This document shows, piece after piece, positions 22,379-31,238 of a stretch of 64,000 nt of DNA. The stretch is from Vicinamibacteria bacterium. Lineage in GTDB: Bacteria; Acidobacteriota; Vicinamibacteria; Marinacidobacterales; Marinacidobacteraceae. The stretch is from assembly GCA_963668695.2 (NCBI GenBank), contig CAXXLQ010000004.1:2496001-2560000 (forward strand), written 5' to 3'. The position numbers and the translations under genes are program-made. How positions within the stretch are numbered: the first letter of the stretch is position 1; each line of letters opens with the position of its first letter. The notes under the pieces are model-generated. The model made no database searches, had not been told where the DNA came from, and saw only the letters and a list, made by a program, of their open reading frames with translations.

Positions 22379-23580
22379 GGCGCCCCCACGAGCATTCCGG
22401 CGATGGCGGCGGTCACGAGCGTCGCCGCCGTGCCGCCGACGAGGGCCCGGAGGCCCAGCCGGGCCAGATCCTTCTTGCGGCCGGGCGCGATCGCTCCGAT
22501 TCCGCCGATCTGGATGCCGACGGAACCGAGGTTCGCGAACCCACAGAGGGCGAACGTCGCGATGATCTCGCTCTTCGCGGAGAGCGCCCCCGTGTTCTTC
22601 AGCGCCGTCAGGTCAAGGTAGGCGACGAATTCGTTGAGGATCAGCTTCTTCCCGAGCAGCGAGGCAACGGTCCCGACTTCCGCCAGCGGGACACCGATCA
22701 GGAAGGCGATCGGCGCGAAAACCCAACCCAGGATCTCCGAGAGCGACAGACCCACCGCACCGAGCGGCAGATTGATGAGCGCCACGATGCTCAGGAAGGC
22801 GATCAGCATCGCGACCACGTTCAACACCAGTTTCATGCCGGCGGAGGCGCCGCTCGCGGCCGCATCGATCAGGTTTACCTCACCGCGCTCGACTCGGCAT
22901 TTCACCCGTCCCGCCGTCGCCGGCTTTTCGGTCTCCGGGACGATGATCTTGGCCATCATGAGCGCCGCCGGGGCGTTCACCAGGCTGGCCGCCAACAGAA
23001 AGCGGGCGTCCACGCCGAGCGCGATATAGGCCGCGAGCATCCCGCCCGACACGGTGGCCATTCCCGAGACCATGACCGCGTGGAGTTCCGAGCGGGTCAT
23101 ACGCTCCAGGTACGGGGCCACCAGCAGCGGCGCCTCGGTCTGGCCCATGAAGACGTTCCCGGCGGCGGCCAGCGTTTCCGCGCCGCTGGTGCCGAGCGTG
23201 CGCACCATCACCTTGGCCATTCCCACCACGGCAAGCTGCAGGATGCCGAGGTAGTAGAGGACGGAGAACACCGACGCCACGTAGACGATGGCGGGGAGCG
23301 CCGAGATCGCCAGGATGACCCCGAAACGCTCCCGATCGGCCAGCGGGCCGAACAGCAGTTCGATGCCGGCGTTCGCCTGCTGGAGCGCAAGTTCCACCCC
23401 GTCCGCGACCGTCGAAAGCACCGCGGCCCCCGCGGAGGTCTTGAGGACCAGCAGCGCGAACGCCAGCTGCATCGCGAGCGACCAGGCGACAATCCGCCAC
23501 GGGAAGCGGCGGCGATCGGTGGAGATCGCCCAGGCGATGCCGATCAGAACCGCGATCCCGAGAACCGGGAGTCCCGCCAT
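22375..23580 (-). CDS. nupC: NupC/CNT concentrative nucleoside transporter
   Basis: FMGQTEAPL, MATVSG, KLILNEFVAY, FALCGFAN. Confidence 0.93.
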   Translation of the reverse strand: MAGLPVLGIAVLIGIAWAISTDRRRFPWRIVAWSLAMQLAFALLVLKTSAGAAVLSTVADGVELALQQANAGIELLFGPLADRERFGVILAISALPAIVYVASVFSVLYYLGILQLAVVGMAKVMVRTLGTSGAETLAAAGNVFMGQTEAPLLVAPYLERMTRSELHAVMVSGMATVSGGMLAAYIALGVDARFLLAASLVNAPAALMMAKIIVPETEKPATAGRVKCRVERGEVNLIDAAASGASAGMKLVLNVVAMLIAFLSIVALINLPLGAVGLSLSEILGWVFAPIAFLIGVPLAEVGTVASLLGKKLILNEFVAYLDLTALKNTGALSAKSEIIATFALCGFANLGSVGIQIGGIGAIAPGRKKDLARLGLRALVGGTAATLVTAAIAGMLVGAP

Positions 23581-23604
23581 CTGGAGAGTTGCGGTGGGTC
23601 CCGA

Positions 23605-23775
23605 TCAGGCGCCCGCCAGGTACATGACCCAGCCGATTCCTACGGCGAATCCGACGAAGCTGAGGAAGGCCCAGAGGGTGAAGCGCAGCCGCGCTCCCCA
23701 TCCTTCGCGCATGAGGCAGGCGAAGGCGGGGGAGACGAGCGCGGCGAACACGATGAGCGCGGCGAAGTGGCTCAT
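23605..23775 (-). CDS. Small 2-TM membrane protein
   Basis: MSHFAALIVFAALVSPAFACL...; ATG overlaps the upstream stop. Confidence 0.75.
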   Translation of the reverse strand: MSHFAALIVFAALVSPAFACLMREGWGARLRFTLWAFLSFVGFAVGIGWVMYLAGA

Positions 23776-24233
23776 CGCGTGGCGTCCACGGGCGCTCCGT
23801 CCTCCGCCGACTCCTTGGCCCCCGTCGCAATGTCCCACGCATCCAGGACCACCAGCATGTTGAGGAGTCCCGCCACGATCAGGAAGGCGTACCCGTATTC
23901 GTAGGCGGGAGCTTCCGGAATCCCGGCCCCGAGCCCCAGCATGCGGGCCGCCACGTAGAACCCGCCGGCCCCCATCTCGGCGAGCCCGGCGAGGAGGGTC
24001 AGCGGCGCCGTCGCCTCGAAGGGAAAGAGTTCTCCCTCCATCTGGATCCCGAAGACGAACAGCAGCCCGATGCTGACGAGGAACACGGCGCCCGTCCCGC
24101 GCCGGCCGAGGGCCATGTGTCCCGCTCCCGGCAAAAGCAGGCCCAAACCGCAGAAAAGCAGCGGGTTCGACGCCTCGCGGGTACCCGTTCGGGGTTGCTG
24201 CCGGGCGCTCGCGCGCACCCCTGCCTCGACCAT
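23772..24233 (-). CDS. Membrane protein (DUF6677-like)
   Basis: LLPGAGH, YEYGYAFLIVAGLLNMLVVLDAWD. Confidence 0.75.
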   Translation of the reverse strand: MVEAGVRASARQQPRTGTREASNPLLFCGLGLLLPGAGHMALGRRGTGAVFLVSIGLLFVFGIQMEGELFPFEATAPLTLLAGLAEMGAGGFYVAARMLGLGAGIPEAPAYEYGYAFLIVAGLLNMLVVLDAWDIATGAKESAEDGAPVDATR

Positions 24234-24270
24234 TCGGGAATCGTAACCGGGCGGTGGGAGAGCAGAGGAG

Positions 24271-24664
24271 CCCGACTTCCAGGTTGGCATGTTGGCGCGG
24301 ATGCCAGGGAACGCCGGCCAGTTGCCGTGAAACTGCCGTCGCGCCGGGATGCCGACAGTTTGGATGGTGCGGGCCGCAAGGGAACGCTGGGCGGTTGCTG
24401 TGAAAATGCAGTCGCGCCGGGACCCCGACAACCCGGATGGCGCGCAGGCAAGGGAACGCCGGCCAGTCCTCCCGGTGGGGGCCTTCAGACCGGCACCGCG
24501 CGGGAGCGCGAAACCAGCACCGATGAGGTTGCGCCATGGCAAGTTGAGGGCCGGGTCTTTTTCATGACGGGCGAGGGTGTGCAGGTCCACCCGATCATGC
24601 GGGTTTCTCCCGGTGGGGCCCTTCAGACCGGCATCGCGCGGGAGCGCGAAACCAGCACCGATGA
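24271..24664. repeat. Cluster of REP-like hairpins and a ~45-bp duplication
   Basis: GGGAACGCCGGCCAGT occurs twice; CTTCAGACCGGCAYCGCGCGGGAGCGCGAAACCAGCACCGATGA at ~24483 and ~24621. Confidence 0.7.
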
Positions 24665-24671
24665 CGCTGCG

Positions 24672-24932
24672 CTATGCCAACTCGAGTTCCGCACCCTCGC
24701 CTGTCGCGTGCACGATGCGATCCAGATCCCGATCCTCGCGGGTTTCTTCAAGCCCCACCGAGATCGGCACTCTCCCGCGTAGGTCCCGGAGTTTCTTTTG
24801 GGCATCAAGCGCTGTGATCTGCCGCAGACCCTGGCCGACCGTCGCTGTGATTCCCTCTCCGGTGATTGCGCACGCCTGCTGCAGCAGGGCCGTCGGGATG
24901 CGCACTGTGATTCTTTGGGTCGGTTTGTTCAT
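24672..24932 (-). CDS. VapB-like antitoxin, orphan
   Basis: RITVRIPTALLQQACAITGEGITATVGQGL...LRDLRGRV resembles RHH VapB; no PIN gene downstream. Confidence 0.6.
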   Translation of the reverse strand: MNKPTQRITVRIPTALLQQACAITGEGITATVGQGLRQITALDAQKKLRDLRGRVPISVGLEETREDRDLDRIVHATGEGAELELA

Positions 24933-25116
24933 GGCTTCTGGCTCGGCAAGAGTGGGGCAGGATGCCATACCGTGTTGTGGCGCATGACGCGGAACCGCCG
25001 CGCGCGCGACCGCCCGCCACCTCGGTCAAGGTGTGGCGGCAAAGCTCGCCCAGTTCTTTCCTGCCGGTCCGCCGATTGCTCGCGACGGTAGCGTATATAC
25101 TCTTGTATGCCGAACG

Positions 25117-25437
25117 GTGCAGTTCTCATGGGATCCCGCCAAGAGTGACGCAACTCTGCACCAGCGTGGCTTTGACTTCGAGTTCGCGTGCCAGATCTTC
25201 GGAGGCGACATTGTGGAAACCGCGGATAGTCGCCGGGACTACAGAGAAAAACGCATGGTCGCGATAGGACTTGCTGACGGAATCCAATTGACCGTCGTGT
25301 ACACGGACCGCATCCTCGAAACAGGAGTCACCCGTCGCATCATCTCTGCCAGAAGGAGCAACACGAATGAGCGCCAGCTTTATCGAAGACAGGCCGAACC
25401 CGGCAAAGACCCCAACTCGCGGTCGCGCCGACCTTGA
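25117..25437 (+). CDS. brnT: BrnT-family toxin
   Basis: FSWDPAK, RGFDF, DYREKR, VVYTDR, RRIISARR. Confidence 0.9.
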   Translation: MQFSWDPAKSDATLHQRGFDFEFACQIFGGDIVETADSRRDYREKRMVAIGLADGIQLTVVYTDRILETGVTRRIISARRSNTNERQLYRRQAEPGKDPNSRSRRP

Positions 25438-25669
25438 TCGCCTCCGCCGGATGTCGGATGAGGAAATCGAGCGGACCTCTCCCCCGGAGCTGCAGGACCT
25501 CCCGGCGGACTTCTGGAAGGAGGCGGTCGTGGTACCTCCACCCAAGCGAGCAATCTCGTTGCGTGTGGATCACGATGTGCTTGAGTGGTTTCGTGCACGG
25601 GGGCCGCGCTATCAGACGCACATGAACGCTGTCCTGCGGGCCTATGTGTCCCGGATGGAGGAACGCTGA
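25367..25669 (+). CDS. brnA: BrnA-family antitoxin
   Basis: ISLRVDHDVLEWFRARGPRYQTHMNAVLRAY. Confidence 0.92.
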   Translation: MSASFIEDRPNPAKTPTRGRADLDRLRRMSDEEIERTSPPELQDLPADFWKEAVVVPPPKRAISLRVDHDVLEWFRARGPRYQTHMNAVLRAYVSRMEER

Positions 25670-25796
25670 AGCTTTCCGGACAGCACGGTCTCGCCAGCGA
25701 CGCGAGACAGGCTTCGGCCGAGTTTTCCCCATTGGCGAACCGGGCGGGAAGAAAACGGTGCGGTTTTCGTCTGTACACAGGTGGAGGGTTGCGCCA

Positions 25797-26260
25797 TGAA
25801 CCGACCGAATCACAACCCGAACGCCCGGGCCGCAGCCACCGCCGTTGCCGGGCCCGCCGGCACTCCCTACACTGAGGCAAGTGATGGAAAGGTGCGTGAG
25901 ATGACCGGGGCGGAGCGAGAGCGGTCCCCGGAAACCCTCACCCGGGCCGAGAAGATCCTGGTCACCATCCTGGCGGCGGTGCTCGGAAGCGCCGCGGCCG
26001 GCTTTTTCGCCATGAACGCGACCATGAACGCGAACTTCACGGTGGTGAACGGGCATCTTCTCGACCTCCAGAAACAGATCGGGGATCTGCGGACGGAAGT
26101 GCACGAAGAGATGGGAGGTCTCCGGACGGATGTGCGGGAGGAGATCGGGAACCTGGACACCCGTATCGCTCGGCTTGAAACGCTCTTCGAGACGCACCTC
26201 GTCGGTGTGGCGCGATCGGGTTCTCCAGATGGGAAGCCCGAACCGCCGCCCGAGTCCTGA
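25797..26260 (+). CDS. TM + coiled-coil hypothetical protein
   Basis: ILVTILAAVLGSAAAGFFAM, then 11-mer periodic IGDLRTEVHEE/MGGLRTDVREE/IGNLDTRIARLE. Start uncertain. Confidence 0.65.
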
Positions 26261-26288
26261 TCGTCAGGTCGAGGGCAAGTCCAGCCCC

Positions 26289-26579
26289 ATGAAGCTGACG
26301 ATCGAAGTGGAGCCCGATGTCCTCAAGCGGGCTAGCCTGCGTGCGGTCGAGGAAAGCACCTCGGTGAGCGCCGTGCTGCGCGAGCACCTGGCGGCGTACG
26401 CCGACGGGCATCGATTTCTCAGACGGGCGGCGGACGAGACGCCCCGCGGTCGCCGCGAGGCCATGGCGAGCCTGATCCGCCTCTCGCAGATTCCGCGTCC
26501 GGTGGTGACTCCGCTCCGCACGACCCCTGACCCGCGTGGCGACCGAAACTGGATGCGCGACGACCTGTATGACCGGTGA
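26289..26579 (+). CDS. RHH-type antitoxin
   Basis: MKLTIEVEPDVLKRASLRAVEESTSVSAVLREHL and C-terminal WMRDDLYDR. Confidence 0.75.
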   Translation: MKLTIEVEPDVLKRASLRAVEESTSVSAVLREHLAAYADGHRFLRRAADETPRGRREAMASLIRLSQIPRPVVTPLRTTPDPRGDRNWMRDDLYDR

Positions 26580-26680
26580 CCGGGGTGTGTGGACACCACG
26601 GTCGTTACGGACTGTGCCGTGAGTGGTTCCGGGGACCGGCAAACCCCGCTCGCGGGCCGATCCTGTGAACCCGTTGCGAA
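26569..26680 (+). pseudogene. Possible decayed 5' end of a PIN toxin
   Basis: ATG overlaps the antitoxin 3' end: MTGDR, then shifted VDTTVV, resembling the VDTNV start of VapC. No recognisable remainder. Confidence 0.35.
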
Positions 26681-26844
26681 TGCTGGAACGCACCGTGGGT
26701 GCGGGGAGTTGGCGCTTGGGGATCTCGGATCCCGGCCAGCTCCGTCCCGGAGCCAACCACGGCCGGCCGGGTCTTCCTGGCCGGGCCACTCAGTATCCGG
26801 GGGACACCCCCGGATGCCGCGCCAGCGCTTCTTATGGAACCGAG

Positions 26845-27596
26845 CTACAGGTATTTCAGCAGCACGAATTGCGCGCGCCGTCTGGTGTCATCGGTCAGGT
26901 CAAGTGTCAGCAGGCCGACGATAATCTTGAGGCTCTCGATGGAGAGTGGTTGGTCGCGGGTAATGAGCGCTTCGGCCAGCCGACTACCGTCTCGATACAG
27001 CGTGACCGTCACGCCAGCGGGATCGAAGCTCCATCCTGCGACAGACATGGTCAGGTTGTCGAAAACGCTCTGGACCGCGCTCGTCCCGTGAACATGGATT
27101 GACTGGCCGATAGCGTTGACTTCCTCGCTCTACGCGATGGAATGTGGCTTGTTGAGCCCTGAAAAATTGCGTTCCGCAGATCGCCCTGCAAATTGTTGAC
27201 GAGGACGTATCCCTGCAGATGAGGACCGCTCTGCACGAGGATGCGGCTCGGGTCTGCTGGATCGAGACTCGCGGAGAGCTGACGGTCCGCGACAGGAACG
27301 CTCTCCATAGTGACTTCCCTCTCAACCGTGTCGCCACGGATCAACTGAGCCGAGACGACAGGAATCTGTGCCCCGCCATCGTGCACCGCCGCCCAGCTGG
27401 GCGACGGAGGTGGAAGGAGCTTTACATCGTATGGATTCGAGGCGTTCCGCACTTCCAGGATCATCAGCAGGATCCCGCCGGCTCCGGCAGCAACGAGAAA
27501 TGTCAAGGCCAGCCGTGGCGACTTTTCCCAAAATCGCCATGCAAGCAGTGCCAGAAAACCGGCGAAACCAAACTGAGCGATGTCAGCAATTTCCAT
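26845..27596 (-). pseudogene. Hypothetical membrane-anchored protein, probably frameshifted near 27125
   Basis: ORF 27051-27596 has two N-terminal TM helices. The frame of ORF 26845-27048 stays open upstream (EEVNAIGQSIHVHGTSAVQSVFDNLTM). Visibly less GC-rich than flanks. Confidence 0.45.
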
Positions 27597-27908
27597 CGTC
27601 GAAACCACCGTCCTTAGGATTGGAGAGGGGTGCGCCCACCTGAAAGCGGAGGGCATCAGGCGGAAGCATAGGAACTCTCGCGGAGGCGAGGCCGGTGCGG
27701 AGATCCCGACGGGAGGGAACTTCGGCGTTCGCGTTGTGCTGCACACTCCGCCCGGCATTTTGAGCAGCTAGAGCAGCTTCTTCCGAATGGTCTGCGGTAC
27801 GGGAGTTCGCAGCCCCCTCGGCCCGCGATGCGGGTCTGGAGACCGGCGGTCCCCGAGCTGCCGGACGGTGACGCCGATCGGCGGTCGCGCGATACCCTTT
27901 CGCGCGCT

Positions 27909-29171
27909 ATGAGCTCCCCCAGAAATGCCGCCGCTCCGGCGTCGGGTATCTGGTTTCTGGGAGGGGCCCGGACCCCCATGACCCCCTTTCTCGGGGATCT
28001 GGCGGGGCTCAGTGCGGTGGAGCTCGGAGCGGAGGCGGCCCGGGGGGCGCTAGCCCGCTCCGGCGTGGCGCCCGAGCAGGTGGACCACGTGGTCGTCGGC
28101 AACGCCCAGCAGACCACGAGCGACGCGATCTACGGAGCGCGCCACGTCGGTCTCCGGGCGGGAGTTCCGGATGCGGTGCCGGCGCTGACGGTGAACCGGC
28201 TCTGCGGCTCCGGGATCCAGGCGGTGATCTCGGCGGCGCACCAGATGCTCGCCGGCGAAGCGGAGATCGTGCTCGCCGGCGGGATGGAATCCATGAGCCA
28301 GGCGCCCTTTGTGGTGCGGGGAGCGCGTTTGGGCCTCCGGCTCGGCCACGGGAAGCTCGAAGACACCCTGGTGGCGGCGCTTACCGACGGCCAATGCGGG
28401 CTTTCCATGTCCGACACCGCCGAAAACGTGGCGGAGCGCACCGGGGTCACCCGGGAGGACTCGGACGCGTACGCGTTCCGGAGCCAGCAGACGGCGGACC
28501 GGGCCTACCGCGCCGGTTCGCACGCCGAGGAGATCGTCCCGGTCACCGTGAAGAGCAGGAAGGGCGAGAACGTCGTTTCGGAAGACGGCCACCGGCGGCC
28601 CGGGACCACGCTGGAAGATCTCGCCCGGCTCCGACCCGCGTTTCGCAGGGACGGCCTCGTCACCGCCGGGAATGCGAGCGGCATCGTGGACGGCGCCGCG
28701 GCTCTGGTGGTGGCTGGGGAGGACACCGAGGCGGTCCGTTTCGGATCTCCGCTCGGGCGGATCGTTTCCTGGGCGACCGCGGGCGTGCCGCCCGAGATCA
28801 TGGGGCTTGGGCCGGTTCCGGCCAGCCGGGCGGCGCTCGAGGCAGCGGGCCTCCGGCTGGAAGACATGGACCGGATCGAGGTGAACGAGGCTTTCGCCCC
28901 GCAGTACCTCGCGGTGGAACGGGAACTCGGACTGGATCGCGAGCGGGTGAACGTGAACGGCGGGGCGATCGCGCTGGGGCATCCCCTCGGTGCGACCGGG
29001 ACCCGCCTGCTGCTCACCCTGCTTCTCGAACTGCGTCGCTCCGGGGGCCGCTACGGCCTCGCCACCGCCTGCATCGGAGGCGGCCAGGGCATCGCCATGA
29101 TCGTCGAGGCGGCGGGGAACGGCGCCGGCAACGGCGCTGGCAACGGCACCGGCAACGGAAGGGCGGCGTGA
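27909..29171 (+). CDS. Acetyl-CoA acyltransferase (thiolase)
   Basis: NRLCGSG, AGNASG, NEAF, GHPLGATG, CIGGGQG. Confidence 0.95.
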   Translation: MSSPRNAAAPASGIWFLGGARTPMTPFLGDLAGLSAVELGAEAARGALARSGVAPEQVDHVVVGNAQQTTSDAIYGARHVGLRAGVPDAVPALTVNRLCGSGIQAVISAAHQMLAGEAEIVLAGGMESMSQAPFVVRGARLGLRLGHGKLEDTLVAALTDGQCGLSMSDTAENVAERTGVTREDSDAYAFRSQQTADRAYRAGSHAEEIVPVTVKSRKGENVVSEDGHRRPGTTLEDLARLRPAFRRDGLVTAGNASGIVDGAAALVVAGEDTEAVRFGSPLGRIVSWATAGVPPEIMGLGPVPASRAALEAAGLRLEDMDRIEVNEAFAPQYLAVERELGLDRERVNVNGGAIALGHPLGATGTRLLLTLLLELRRSGGRYGLATACIGGGQGIAMIVEAAGNGAGNGAGNGTGNGRAA

Positions 29172-29959
29172 CCGCTCATCCCAACCTCGCGGTCGAGCGC
29201 CGGGAGACCGCCAAGGGGCGGTGCTTCGCGCTCATCACGGTGAACCGGCCCAAGGCCCTCAACGCCCTGAACCGGGAGACGCTCGAGGCCCTCGCGGACG
29301 CCTTCGAGCACGCGGGGAATGACGCCGACGCACTCGGGATCGTGCTCACCGGCGCGGGCGACCGGGCCTTCGTCGCCGGGGCGGACATCTCCGAGCTCCG
29401 GGATCTGACAACGGAGTCGGCGTTCCAGGTCGCCCGGCGGGGCCAGGAAGTCATGCGCACCATCGAGGGGACGCGGAAGCCGGTCATCGCCGCGATCGGC
29501 GGTTTCGCGCTCGGCGGCGGGCTGGAACTCGCGCTCGCCTGTCACCTGCGGGTTGCCGGGCCGAAGGCGAAGCTCGGGCTCCCCGAAGTGAAGCTCGGCG
29601 TCATCCCGGGATACGGCGGCACCCAGCGGCTCCCGCGCCTCATCGGACGGGGCCGGGCCCTCCGGATGATCCTCACCGGCGATCCGGTGGGGAGCGAGGA
29701 GGCGCTGGCGGCGGGCCTGGTGGATGCGGTCCACGAGGACGCCGTGGAAGGAGCGGCGGCGCTTCTCGACCGGGTGCTGGCGAACGGACCGCTGGCGGTG
29801 CGCAACGCGCTCCTCGCGGTGGACGCGGGGCTTTCGGGTCTCGAGGACGGCCTGCTGGCCGAGGCGTCGCTTTTTTCGTCGCTCGCCGGCACCGACGACA
29901 TGCGGGAGGGGCTGGGCGCGTTCCTGGAGAAGCGCCCGCCGCATTTCCGTGGCGCCTGA
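29168..29959 (+). CDS. Enoyl-CoA hydratase (crotonase)
   Basis: NRPKALNAL, AFVAGADI, ALGGGLELA, PEVKLGVIPGYGGTQRL. Confidence 0.93.
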   Translation: MTAHPNLAVERRETAKGRCFALITVNRPKALNALNRETLEALADAFEHAGNDADALGIVLTGAGDRAFVAGADISELRDLTTESAFQVARRGQEVMRTIEGTRKPVIAAIGGFALGGGLELALACHLRVAGPKAKLGLPEVKLGVIPGYGGTQRLPRLIGRGRALRMILTGDPVGSEEALAAGLVDAVHEDAVEGAAALLDRVLANGPLAVRNALLAVDAGLSGLEDGLLAEASLFSSLAGTDDMREGLGAFLEKRPPHFRGA

Positions 29960-30479
29960 GTCCGGGCCCGGCGGGGAGGGCGCGCCCGACCGCGGCGGCC
30001 CGCTCGCCGGGTTCCACGTCGGCATCGTGGTTTCGGAGCGGGACGAACCCTCGCTTCGCCTGGCCGCGGCCGCCGGGCGCTGGCTCCGGGCCGAGGGGGC
30101 CGATGTCTCCCGCTACCCGGCGCCCGCCGCCTTCGAGGTAGCCCAGTTGGCCGGCTGGCTGGCCGAATCCGGCCGGGTGGACGGGATCGTGGCCTGCGCC
30201 TCGATCGTGCGCGGGGAGACTTCCCACGACCGCCATCTCGCCGAAGCGGTGACCGGCGGGCTCCTCGAAATCGGGATCCGGACCCGGATTCCCGTGGGCA
30301 ACGCGGTCCTTACGGTGGACACGAGCGCGCAGGCCGACGCGCGTTCCGGGGGAGCCAAGGGAAACCGGGGCGAAGACGCGGCACGCGCGGTCGCCGGGCT
30401 GCTGCGCGCCCGGAAGCGTCTTGGAGAGCGCCCCGGCCTCGACCTCGGGCCGGTCTCCGGCTTCCGCGGGGAAGGCTAG
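29949..30479 (+). CDS. ribH: 6,7-dimethyl-8-ribityllumazine synthase (divergent)
   Basis: PAAFEV, VRGETSH, IPVGNAVLT, QADARSGG..GNRGEDAA; lies before nusB. Confidence 0.8.
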   Translation: MAPESGPGGEGAPDRGGPLAGFHVGIVVSERDEPSLRLAAAAGRWLRAEGADVSRYPAPAAFEVAQLAGWLAESGRVDGIVACASIVRGETSHDRHLAEAVTGGLLEIGIRTRIPVGNAVLTVDTSAQADARSGGAKGNRGEDAARAVAGLLRARKRLGERPGLDLGPVSGFRGEG

Positions 30480-30695
30480 CAACCGGTGGACGAAGTCACG
30501 CGGCCCAGTTCTCCCGGTGGGGGCTCGAGCGCCGATTCATCCCGGCTGAACCGCGCGGCTGCGCCTCGCTCGTCGTTGCGCTTCGGTCGAAATACACCCG
30601 GTATTCCTCCCTCGCGCGCCTTGTCAGCCGGGCGCCTCGCCCCCACCGGGAGACTGGTCGCTCTCGGCGCTCGCGCCACTTCGCCCACCGGCTGC
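30479..30695 (-). mobile_element. MITE-like repeat, copy 3, between ribH and nusB
   Basis: GCAACCGGTGG...CCACCGGCTGC ends; reverse-oriented shared core. Confidence 0.85.
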
Positions 30696-30698
30696 TGA

Positions 30699-31238
30699 AT
30701 GGATCCCCGGACCGCGCGCCAGCGCCGGCGCGGGCGCGAGCTCGCCGTGCAGATGCTGTCTTCCTGGGACGCCAACCCGGAGCCGCACCCGGCCACCGTG
30801 GTCGGAGTGAGTGATCTCACCCGGGCGAGCGCAACGCATCTGGAATTCGCGGAAGCGCTGGCGAACGCTGCCTGGGAGCGCCTCGAGCAAATCGACCGCT
30901 GCCTCGACGAGACCACGAAGCCCTTTTGGAAGGAGAACATGGGGCGGGTCGAGCGCAGCGTTCTGCGGGTGGCGGTCGCCGAGCTGCTCAGTGAGAAGAC
31001 GCCTCCCCGCGTCGTATTGAGCGAAGCGATCGAGGTGGCCCGCCGCTACGCCGGAGAGGACTCCACCTCCTTTATCCACGCGGTCCTGGACGGTGTCGTC
31101 AAGCGGCTCGGGCTGATCGCGACTGATGAGGGTGCCGCGCCGGGCGGCGAAGGCTCCCGGAAGGCGAAGACTCTCCGGAGAGACCACGGAAGGCGAAGAC
31201 ACGGAAGGCGGAGACTCCACGGAAGGCAGGGTTCGTGA
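30699..31238 (+). CDS. nusB: Transcription antitermination factor NusB
   Basis: RRRGRELAVQML, VERSVLR, PPRVVLSEAIEVARRY, FIHAVLD. Confidence 0.9.
   Translation: MDPRTARQRRRGRELAVQMLSSWDANPEPHPATVVGVSDLTRASATHLEFAEALANAAWERLEQIDRCLDETTKPFWKENMGRVERSVLRVAVAELLSEKTPPRVVLSEAIEVARRYAGEDSTSFIHAVLDGVVKRLGLIATDEGAAPGGEGSRKAKTLRRDHGRRRHGRRRLHGRQGS

Noticed and set aside
24271-27853. Integron cassette array around the TA cluster
   Set aside because: No integrase and no convincing attC (RYYYAAC...GTTRRRY) sites; genes point in both directions.
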